In this document: positions 57,054-64,000 of the stretch, piece by piece | How the letters are laid out: every line of letters starts with the position of its first letter | Position numbering within the stretch: position 1 is the stretch's first letter | Source: Candidatus Enterousia sp. | GTDB lineage: Bacteria; Pseudomonadota; Alphaproteobacteria; Rs-D84 | DNA: 64,000 nt | Direction: 5' to 3' | Assembly: GCA_045587125.1 (NCBI GenBank) | Contig: JAZNBN010000012.1 | Coordinates: 17,461 to 81,460 of the forward strand | Notes under the pieces: generated by a model | The model's input: the letters and a program-made list of their open reading frames with translations, nothing else | Told to the model about the DNA's origin: nothing | Database searches by the model: none | Program-made: the position numbers and the translations under genes

Positions 57054-57101
57054 TTTGTTTTATGATTTGTTTATATTCCTATTTTGTGATACTATGGGTA
57101 C

Positions 57102-58313
57102 ATGGCAAAAAAAGAATTAGACAAATCTGTAAAACGCGGATTGACCCTGTTGAAAATGGGGTGGTTTTGTCATAATTTTATGCTGATTGTACCTGTGATT
57201 GTGTTGGTTTATACGTCCAAGGGTATAACCGTTGGGGACTTCTTTTTAATTCAGGGTATATTCAGATTGGCTGCGTTTTTATTTGAAATACCGTCTGGGT
57301 ATATGTCTGATTGTTTAAGCCGCAGACGTGTTATGATTGCGGGTGGCGTATCTACAATTGCCGGTTATGTGTCTATTGCGTTGGCATCTGGATTTTGGAC
57401 ATTAATTATGGGCGAAGCGTTACTGGGGATTGCCAGTGCACTGTTTTCCGGCACATTAGAGGCATATACATACGATTTGTTAAAACGCAACAAAACACAA
57501 AAACAATTCTTAAAAGAATTTGGCAGTATCACCACTTGGGCGGGGGTTGCAGAATTTGTAGCCATGATTATTGGTGGAATATTATACGGATATATTGGTG
57601 CAAATATATTGTGGATTGAAACCGTAATTATGTTGTTTGGTACGATTGTCTTCTTGTTCTTGCCCGAATTATTAGAAGTCAAACGCGTTGTAAAACACAA
57701 AGATGCAATTACAGATGCGGTATCTATTACAGTCAAAACGTTGCAAAATCCAAAACTGCGGAACCTGATATTATTTCCATCTTTGTACGGTGCGTTCACA
57801 ATCATAATGTTCTGGATATTACAGCCAATTATGGACACTGTAAAAATACCGGTTGGATTATTTGGGGTTTATGCAGGTGCCAGTCAATTGTTTCGTATAA
57901 TATTGTCTAAGTACGCATATAAAATATGTGAAAAATTGGGTGAAATTCGCACTTCGATGATAACAATTGGTACGGTTGTAATTGGGATTACAATGGGGTT
58001 GATTGCCACACATATCAACAATATGCCATTAATATATATTGCATGTATGATTTTGGCAATATCACCGTCTTTCAGAATATTAAACAATTTGCAATATAAC
58101 ACTTTGATTCATCACAGCATTAAATCAAATGAACGTGGGACGGTACTTTCCACCCGCGCAATGGTTGCGACCATTGTTGGGGCAATTGGATTGATTATGG
58201 CAAAATTCTTGCTGGACGGATTTGGAATCACAACCACATTGGTATTTGTATTGTGTATGTCTGGTCTGTTGGTATGGTCGTTAAAACGCGTTATGAAATA
58301 TATAAAGAACTAA
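57102..58313 (+). CDS. MFS transporter
   Basis: About 12 hydrophobic segments and a loop motif SDCLSRRRVM between TM2 and TM3. Confidence 0.7.
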   Translation: MAKKELDKSVKRGLTLLKMGWFCHNFMLIVPVIVLVYTSKGITVGDFFLIQGIFRLAAFLFEIPSGYMSDCLSRRRVMIAGGVSTIAGYVSIALASGFWTLIMGEALLGIASALFSGTLEAYTYDLLKRNKTQKQFLKEFGSITTWAGVAEFVAMIIGGILYGYIGANILWIETVIMLFGTIVFLFLPELLEVKRVVKHKDAITDAVSITVKTLQNPKLRNLILFPSLYGAFTIIMFWILQPIMDTVKIPVGLFGVYAGASQLFRIILSKYAYKICEKLGEIRTSMITIGTVVIGITMGLIATHINNMPLIYIACMILAISPSFRILNNLQYNTLIHHSIKSNERGTVLSTRAMVATIVGAIGLIMAKFLLDGFGITTTLVFVLCMSGLLVWSLKRVMKYIKN

Positions 58314-58314
58314 A

Positions 58315-58334
58315 AACCACCCAATTGGGCGGTT
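58315..58334. terminator. Palindromic hairpin AACCACCC-AATT-GGGCGGTT
   Basis: Lies between convergent genes. Confidence 0.6.
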
Positions 58335-58354
58335 TGTTTTTTGTCTTATTAACG

Positions 58355-59161
58355 TTATTGTTGAATCTGTTTTGTTTTTTTGATGATTTTATCTAACATT
58401 TGCGAAGTTGCATCTTCATAAACCTGTCGTAATTGCTTTAATTTGTCTTTTAATTCAACAGGTATAGCATTGTTTTCATCGCGTATGCCTTGGCCATTAA
58501 AAGTCAAATATTCGTTTGCAATTGCATTAAATTTTGTTGAATAACGTTGCGGTTTTTCCCAGTTTTGCATCAATGTACTTTCCACATTTCTTGCGGCAAA
58601 CTTAAAACAAATAAAATATGCAATTTGATCCAGGTGCTGTGAAATATACACAGATTTGCGGTTTAATAAATCGTCTATACCTTTAGATACTGCACGGCAA
58701 ACTTCTTGGTGTGTTGGTCTGTTGTTTTTCAAGTATGCAGTGGCATATGCAGAAACCTCATCAAAAGCATAAAGGCCCGACATTTCGTAATAGTTTGTCA
58801 TTATCCATAGTGGATTCCCAAATTTTCCATTGGACATATGCTTAGATTCATGAGCAATTGTTTGTGCTTCCCTTTGGTGTATAAAATCAATATCTTTGTA
58901 AATTTGATCATTAGGATCCAAATTCAGACTCGGGTCGATAAAGTATTTATATACAGTTATGTATTTATTTGGCCAAACATAGTCGCCACCAACAAATTGT
59001 ATATGCCCTGAACGATAATCGTCTATATCATATGCGGCAATTATGCAATCAACATATTTTATTTCTGGTTTGTCATAAATGTTTTGAGATATGACAACAA
59101 CAGGCGAATCCTTGGTCGCCTTGTGTTGAAATAAATCAAAAAATCTACTTAACTTGAACAC
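58355..59161 (-). CDS. Hypothetical protein with HExxH-like motif
   Basis: IAHESKHM. Confidence 0.45.
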   Translation of the reverse strand: MFKLSRFFDLFQHKATKDSPVVVISQNIYDKPEIKYVDCIIAAYDIDDYRSGHIQFVGGDYVWPNKYITVYKYFIDPSLNLDPNDQIYKDIDFIHQREAQTIAHESKHMSNGKFGNPLWIMTNYYEMSGLYAFDEVSAYATAYLKNNRPTHQEVCRAVSKGIDDLLNRKSVYISQHLDQIAYFICFKFAARNVESTLMQNWEKPQRYSTKFNAIANEYLTFNGQGIRDENNAIPVELKDKLKQLRQVYEDATSQMLDKIIKKTKQIQQ

Positions 59162-59239
59162 ATCACCATTATAGACAAATAATTTATATTGTCAATATAT
59201 TTGTTCGGTAAAAAAAGCACCCGATTGGGTGGTTTGTTT

Positions 59240-59788
59240 TTATTTTTCCAATATCTTTTCCAAAATGTATATGTGCAGCCATTCTTTATCAACTATGACA
59301 GCATCGTGTTTAATGCCAACTATCTGATAACCATGTTTTAACAAGTTGTTTAACGAACGAATATTCTTGTGACACACTTCTGCATAAAGTTTATGAACGC
59401 CATTTTCACGTGCCCATTTTTCAACCATAGTTTTAAGTTTGCCGCCAAGCCCTTGGGAAGTATATTTATCCAGAATAACACTGCCTGTTTCGCCAGTTAA
59501 GCCACGATATTTTGGATTTTCTGGTGCGATTCTTGTAATTGTAGATTCTCCAATAAGGTTATCGCCATCCCAAGCACCCAAAAACAAATTATTTGGGTTA
59601 TCATACATAGCCATAGAAGATTCTTTATCCTTTTTCGGTTGTCCAGGGTATTGACTGGTATATTTTACCCCTGGGTCACGCACAAATTTATCAAAGAATT
59701 TCATCATGGCATCATAATCTGTGCCACGAACACGTCTTATAGTGACAACTTTACCATTCTTTAATTTGAATTTAATGCTGCGGTTCAT
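59240..59788 (-). CDS. GNAT acetyltransferase (tandem paralogue 1)
   Basis: MNRSIKFKLKNGKVV...SQGLGGKLK...ILEKILEK. Start set at MNRS. Confidence 0.65.
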   Translation of the reverse strand: MNRSIKFKLKNGKVVTIRRVRGTDYDAMMKFFDKFVRDPGVKYTSQYPGQPKKDKESSMAMYDNPNNLFLGAWDGDNLIGESTITRIAPENPKYRGLTGETGSVILDKYTSQGLGGKLKTMVEKWARENGVHKLYAEVCHKNIRSLNNLLKHGYQIVGIKHDAVIVDKEWLHIYILEKILEK

Positions 59789-59798
59789 AATAAAATCC

Positions 59799-60344
59799 TT
59801 ATTTCTCCAATATCTTTTCAAGAATATATTCGTGGTGCCATTCACCATCTATGAACGCGGTATCGTGTAAAATGCCGACAATTTCATATCCTTGTTTTAA
59901 CAGATTTCCCAAAGAACGAGTGTTTTTGTGGCGGACTTCGCTTTGTAATTTATGCACATTATGTTCCAGTGCCCATTTGTTAATAATTTGTTTGAATTTA
60001 GTTCCCAAACCATTGGATGTATATTTTTCCAACATCGTTGTGCCTGTTGTTGCAACACGGCCAGAATATGGGTGGTCTGGCATCTTTTTCATTATGCTTG
60101 CTGTTCCGACTATTTTATTTCCATCAAATGCCGCAATAAACAAACTGTTTTCGTTGTTCCAATCTTTTTCTGCTTTTTCTTTTGACGGCAAAGGACGCCC
60201 AGGATATTGCCATGTCCATTTTGCACTTGGGCCCTTTCTGAATTCGTCCATATATTTCACAAAAGCATCATAATCACCAATTTTCATTGGACGAATAACA
60301 ACTTCTTTCCCATTTTTTAATTTGAATTTAATGCTGCGGTTCAT
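59799..60344 (-). CDS. GNAT acetyltransferase (tandem paralogue 2)
   Basis: MNRSIKFKLKNGKEV...SNGLGTKFK...ILEKILEK. Collinear with the paralogue along its whole length. Confidence 0.65.
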   Translation of the reverse strand: MNRSIKFKLKNGKEVVIRPMKIGDYDAFVKYMDEFRKGPSAKWTWQYPGRPLPSKEKAEKDWNNENSLFIAAFDGNKIVGTASIMKKMPDHPYSGRVATTGTTMLEKYTSNGLGTKFKQIINKWALEHNVHKLQSEVRHKNTRSLGNLLKQGYEIVGILHDTAFIDGEWHHEYILEKILEK

Positions 60345-60411
60345 GCCACCCCACTTTTTTGTTATAATATCCATAACATACAAAATAATCACCCGTATAG
60401 CAATAAAAAAA

Positions 60412-60425
60412 CACCCATTTGGGTG
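60412..60425 (-). terminator. Hairpin CACCC-N4-GGGTG followed by a U7 run on the minus strand
   Basis: Directly after the 54-codon ORF. Confidence 0.65.
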
Positions 60426-60431
60426 GTTTAG

Positions 60432-60596
60432 TTACGGCATAAGGCGTGTTGGTCCACGAAACAAGAATGTCGATTCACGCAGGACAACAAATGCGACACT
60501 GGATTGCAGACGCAACGTTTGCGCATGACCTTTGACAGTTATAATTTCGCCAATTTTTTGTGGAATTTCGGCGATATGCGTTCTTATTTTTGACAT
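60432..60596 (-). pseudogene. 54-codon ORF resembling the N-terminal OB-fold of a class IIb aminoacyl-tRNA synthetase (Asn/Asp/Lys type); truncated
   Basis: Not in the ORF track. Strong SD AAGGAGG. MSKIRTHIAEIPQKIGEIITVKGHAQTLRLQSSVAFVVLRES fits the V.V.GWV...R..G...F..LRD pattern. Confidence 0.4.
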
Positions 60597-60875
60597 TTTT
60601 AACCTCCTTGTTGTGTTCGTTGTTTATGTTTTAATAAGAACACAAGGACGTTAAAACACACATACCGCAATAATCAGAATGCGTGGACAACGTGATGCCA
60701 CCTTGTTTCGTAACATTGTCACCAATGTTACCTTTTCAACTCTCGCTGGGTTCGCCATACCATTAAAGAGTCCGCTGCTGTAACGGGCAGTCCCGGGAAG
60801 TTCTAGTAAGTGCAAAATGTATTGCCACCGTTCTTCTTCCGCCTCGCCATTGTTAGAGGGTCATCGGCCTTTCAT
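60597..60875 (-). promoter_or_regulatory. T-box-like leader with an SD-sequestering platform
   Basis: - T-box core ACAAGG-UGGCAUC-ACGUU at 60689-60706.
- Its partner AACGU-CCUUGU at 60642-60652.
- The same CCUUGUGUUC can instead pair with GAACACAACAAGG, which overlaps the SD.
- F-box CCGUUA at 60781-60786.
- Stem III GUAACAUUG-GUGA-CAAUGUUAC.
- Promoter TTGCAA-16-TATAAT at 60881-60908. Confidence 0.6.
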
Positions 60876-61000
60876 ATTGTATTATAGTACAAAAAAATAT
60901 TTTTGCAAGTGTTTTTACTATATGCATTATCCACTTGATATTCCTTGACAAACCTGACAAACACAATACTATTACTATTCTAATCAAAGGACATAAAAAA

Positions 61001-61711
61001 ATGACGTCAAACAAAAATACAAAATTATACAGAAAATATGTTGGTATTACACCTGATGAACGTAAAGAAAAAATCCATTTGGACCTGATATCCTTTCCAA
61101 TAGCTTTATTCGCAATGGGAAACATAATTTGGTTATTCGGACAAAGCACCCCAACAAGAGTAATGGGTCAACGAAATCGTATGTACAAACCATATAAAGC
61201 TGCAATACACGATGCATATATTCCAACTGATAAATACATAATTGATGAAAACACATACAATACTGGCCAATTAAAAATCAACCCAAATCCAAAGTTCAAA
61301 GTAAATGGATTATGGTTGGCAAATTTAATACTGTCACTATTCTTCTTTATTGGCTCCGCATACGTACATACAGAAAACAAAAGAGATTTGGCCACAGTAG
61401 ATATGATGGTTGATCTGGAAAAATTCGGAAAAATTTATAATTTGAATACCAGACAGGTTAAACAACTGGTAAAAAAATCTAGTAATATTATTGCCAAAAT
61501 GTCAAAAGAAAATCATGTTTATTTTGACATGATAATAAACGGCAAAATTGATATCGATAAAGACAAAACTTTTGTTGATATGGCGGTTGCTATACTGGAC
61601 GGCTATTTGCGTGCACACCCAGAAGAAGAAGCCGGCATATTAAGTGTATTCGCAGAAAACAAGCCTTTGACAGAAAAATTAAAGAAAGTATTGGCGGTTA
61701 AATACAGATAA
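61001..61711 (+). CDS. Hypothetical membrane protein
   Basis: Start at MTSNKN after AAGGA. Two TM segments. Confidence 0.5.
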   Translation: MTSNKNTKLYRKYVGITPDERKEKIHLDLISFPIALFAMGNIIWLFGQSTPTRVMGQRNRMYKPYKAAIHDAYIPTDKYIIDENTYNTGQLKINPNPKFKVNGLWLANLILSLFFFIGSAYVHTENKRDLATVDMMVDLEKFGKIYNLNTRQVKQLVKKSSNIIAKMSKENHVYFDMIINGKIDIDKDKTFVDMAVAILDGYLRAHPEEEAGILSVFAENKPLTEKLKKVLAVKYR

Positions 61712-61735
61712 AAAATCGGACAAATGTCCGATTTT

Positions 61736-63268
61736 TTAATATTGTTTTTGATTTTTACTATAAAGTGTTCTTAATACTGCCCCTGCTTTCAATAATTCGG
61801 ATGTTGGTATTTCCTGCATATTATATTTTTGCTGAAATTTATATATTTTTTTCAGATCTGTTGGTAAATTATCTATCATTTCTGATACATCACGATACAT
61901 ATATATTCTGAACATATCATACATAGACAATTGATATGAACCACCATGCAAACGACGCATCATTGAATTAATAATATTCCTAATTGTTACAGGCTTTCTG
62001 TCATATAAACACGCCAGATCATCTACACTTAGTTTATCTTTGTTTGTTGGCGTATAAATGAAATGTATGCGTTTACATAACTGTATTTTTTCAATATCAT
62101 CATCTGTTATCCCAAAACCATTATATTTCAAATAGATATCCATATTACGTGCCAACACACCACCATACGCATATATATTTTTTATTTTATATTCTGTGTA
62201 ATCAGACATTATTTTGACGGCAAATGAATTTATTGGTTTTTCTATAAAAAATCGGAATTGCATGTCACCCAAAAATTCACGCAACAAATCAACCTTTGGA
62301 AAGATTTGCTTTATCTTGACATAGTTATCCTTGTAACAATCGATTGTTTTTTCAGATTTCTGTGAACTTTTAGCATATTCTTTGGGTGTTAATGGCACAG
62401 ATCCAGTGATTGCAAATATTTTACCCAGAACCAACAAATCATCAGATGATACATCCAAGATATTTTGTGCATTTTGGAATTTATATATTCGGTATTGCTG
62501 GAGCGACAATGTCCGCATAATACCATCAACATCACCCACCACATACATACGCAATACATTGTCTATATTATGAAAACGCCATTTTAATCTTCTTTGCATT
62601 TTTAAAAGCCTCTCACGGACTCCTGGGACACCAATACCGTACAAGACAGCCAATTCAAAACTATTTAATCCATCTTTGCTGGGCACAGGTCTGTTTGTTA
62701 TATTATTTTTACGGTAATCGTCTTGAATCGATTGAATATCTTTGTCTGAGACACCAATTCCAACAGATTTACATACTGTGTTAATATTTATAATATCGTA
62801 CGGTTCAGAAGAAAAAATAAAACCATTAACAACTTTATTTACATAATCTGCTATGACTTTTACAGCAATTGCATCAAATTTGGCATTAATAAAACTTTTA
62901 TAAAATTCATCACCGTACGCAACACGCAATAAATTTACATGCGGAAAAATTTTTACAATTTTCTGATACTGTGCATCAAATAATTTTTGTTCCACATCCG
63001 CCTGTTTTATCACTTCTGATCGTTGTTTTTCTGCCAGACTTGGCAATGCTTTGATATCAGATATAAGTGTCATAATATCAGATGGAACAGGTATATTTTT
63101 TATCGTTCTGATATACATTGCATGTTCAATAGATGTCAAACGACGAAACATATCCGTCCCACGGACAGGTCTGTGACCATTTTGACGACACAAATTCAGA
63201 ATTTCATTCAATTCTGAACGAAACTTTTTATCACCGTTTAATCTTTTTAATTCAGAACAATTGCGCAT
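61736..63268 (-). CDS. Internally duplicated protein with two sigma-70 region-4-like HTH modules
   Basis: Two half-repeats align: KIFPHVNLLRVAYGDEFYKSF...IAVKVIADY with QIFPKVDLLREFLGDMQFRFF...FAVKIMSDY, and FELAVLYGIGVPGVRERLLKMQRRL with DDLACLYDRKPVTIRNIINSMMRRL. Confidence 0.55.
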   Translation of the reverse strand: MRNCSELKRLNGDKKFRSELNEILNLCRQNGHRPVRGTDMFRRLTSIEHAMYIRTIKNIPVPSDIMTLISDIKALPSLAEKQRSEVIKQADVEQKLFDAQYQKIVKIFPHVNLLRVAYGDEFYKSFINAKFDAIAVKVIADYVNKVVNGFIFSSEPYDIININTVCKSVGIGVSDKDIQSIQDDYRKNNITNRPVPSKDGLNSFELAVLYGIGVPGVRERLLKMQRRLKWRFHNIDNVLRMYVVGDVDGIMRTLSLQQYRIYKFQNAQNILDVSSDDLLVLGKIFAITGSVPLTPKEYAKSSQKSEKTIDCYKDNYVKIKQIFPKVDLLREFLGDMQFRFFIEKPINSFAVKIMSDYTEYKIKNIYAYGGVLARNMDIYLKYNGFGITDDDIEKIQLCKRIHFIYTPTNKDKLSVDDLACLYDRKPVTIRNIINSMMRRLHGGSYQLSMYDMFRIYMYRDVSEMIDNLPTDLKKIYKFQQKYNMQEIPTSELLKAGAVLRTLYSKNQKQY

Positions 63269-63272
63269 TATT

Positions 63273-63848
63273 TTACCTCTTTTCACGCAGATTATATATG
63301 CCACGTGCCTGCAACGCACGACGCAAAGAATTATAATGTTCGACCTGGGGGCGTAAATGATGATTATACAGTGTGCTGTTATTACTTATCATTACAACTG
63401 GTATATTTTTTTCCAAACACCCAGAAACAACATATGGACTGTCATCAAAGTGAACATACGGTTTTAATTCTTTTAAAATATCTGATTTTTTACCTGGTTT
63501 GTCATACACCTGGTCAAAGTAACAATTTATACCGGCATCACGCAATTGATTAAACGTTTTTTCAGGCTGTTTATATTTACGTTCTGTTACAAACAAAATT
63601 TCCAAATCCGGACGTTTCATCAAATTATTTAATATTTCTGGCATACCTGGATCCAAAACAGGCATAGTATACAACATATCATGACCAAACAAATCACGCA
63701 AAGTCGCAACCATTTTTTCACTGTAACAACCAGACAAATCCCAATCTGTTGACTTAAAATATGTTTCACCACATATATCAAACGCCCGCATATACAGCGG
63801 TTTCATATCAAAAATTACGTTATCTAAATCAAAAGTTATTCTTTTCAT
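63273..63848 (-). CDS. HAD-superfamily hydrolase (5'-nucleotidase-like)
   Basis: N-terminal ITFDLDNVIFD (DxDxV) motif. Confidence 0.55.
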   Translation of the reverse strand: MKRITFDLDNVIFDMKPLYMRAFDICGETYFKSTDWDLSGCYSEKMVATLRDLFGHDMLYTMPVLDPGMPEILNNLMKRPDLEILFVTERKYKQPEKTFNQLRDAGINCYFDQVYDKPGKKSDILKELKPYVHFDDSPYVVSGCLEKNIPVVMISNNSTLYNHHLRPQVEHYNSLRRALQARGIYNLREKR

Positions 63849-64000
63849 AGCCGTTTTATATTATCACAAATAACAAATACGTCAAGTATTTTATATAAAA
63901 TCTTATAGAATTTTGATACCAGGTCTTTGATTGGCGATTTGCTAAACATATAATCCAGGGCATAAAATTTTAATAAAAAATATCCTTGCGGGAAATTGTC

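Noticed and set aside
57311-57838. ORFs 57311-57619 (+) and 57365-57838 (-) inside the MFS gene
   Set aside because: These are alternative-frame or antisense ORFs within a 12-TM transporter gene.
60597-60875. Cobalamin riboswitch, suggested by CUGCCCGUUACAGCAGCGG resembling part of the B12 core
   Set aside because: No B12 box was found. The T-box antiterminator layout and F-box explain the same nucleotides better.

Overview
AT-rich (about one-third G+C by eye) chromosomal segment from a Gram-negative bacterium. It has beta-barrel OMPs ending in aromatic residues and lipobox lipoproteins, and its RpoZ looks alphaproteobacterial. No rRNA genes or CRISPR arrays were seen.

- 1-3.7 kb: Cys-rich secreted proteins, a twice-frameshifted HNH-like gene and an Hsp70-family ATPase.
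- 3.9-13.5 kb: two divergent, translationally coupled operons for glycan synthesis or modification. They hold an LbH acyltransferase, GT2/GT92/GT4 glycosyltransferases, an APH-like kinase, a HAD hydrolase, a MurA-like enolpyruvyl transferase and an AsnB-like amidotransferase whose nucleophile Cys is Tyr. A soluble ABC-F ATPase is embedded among them.
- 13.7-18.1 kb: an island remnant at tRNA-Ser(GGA), then rpoZ and an MtaB-like methylthiotransferase.
- 19.9-22.9 kb: a five-gene operon of PnuC, a nucleoside 2-deoxyribosyltransferase-like protein, a radical SAM enzyme, an NrtR-like regulator and an HD-like protein.
- 23.6-31.3 kb: a tRNA-Asn hotspot. Two promoter-bearing 5' halves of tRNA-Asn plus the intact gene delimit two recombinase-less cargo cassettes carrying Abi-alpha, an ABC-type ATPase, OMPs and lipoproteins.
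- 31.3-47.3 kb: a defence island with NERD, a PD-(D/E)xK-like giant, a GC-rich two-gene insert, a KAP NTPase, a three-gene DpnII-type R-M system, NUDIX+DUF2075, Fic and a decayed integrase.
- 47.3-54.1 kb: a homing-endonuclease-like mosaic gene, an OLD-family nuclease, and an HNH-like plus 636-aa gene pair.
- 54.3-63.8 kb: a short divergent MetK paralogue, two HExxH proteins, an MFS transporter and tandem GNATs. A T-box-like leader stands in front of a 54-codon aaRS-like remnant. The window ends with an internally duplicated HTH protein and a HAD hydrolase.

Most product calls rest on motifs recognised by eye, not on searches. Coordinates of non-ORF features are hand-counted and may be off by 1-2 nt.
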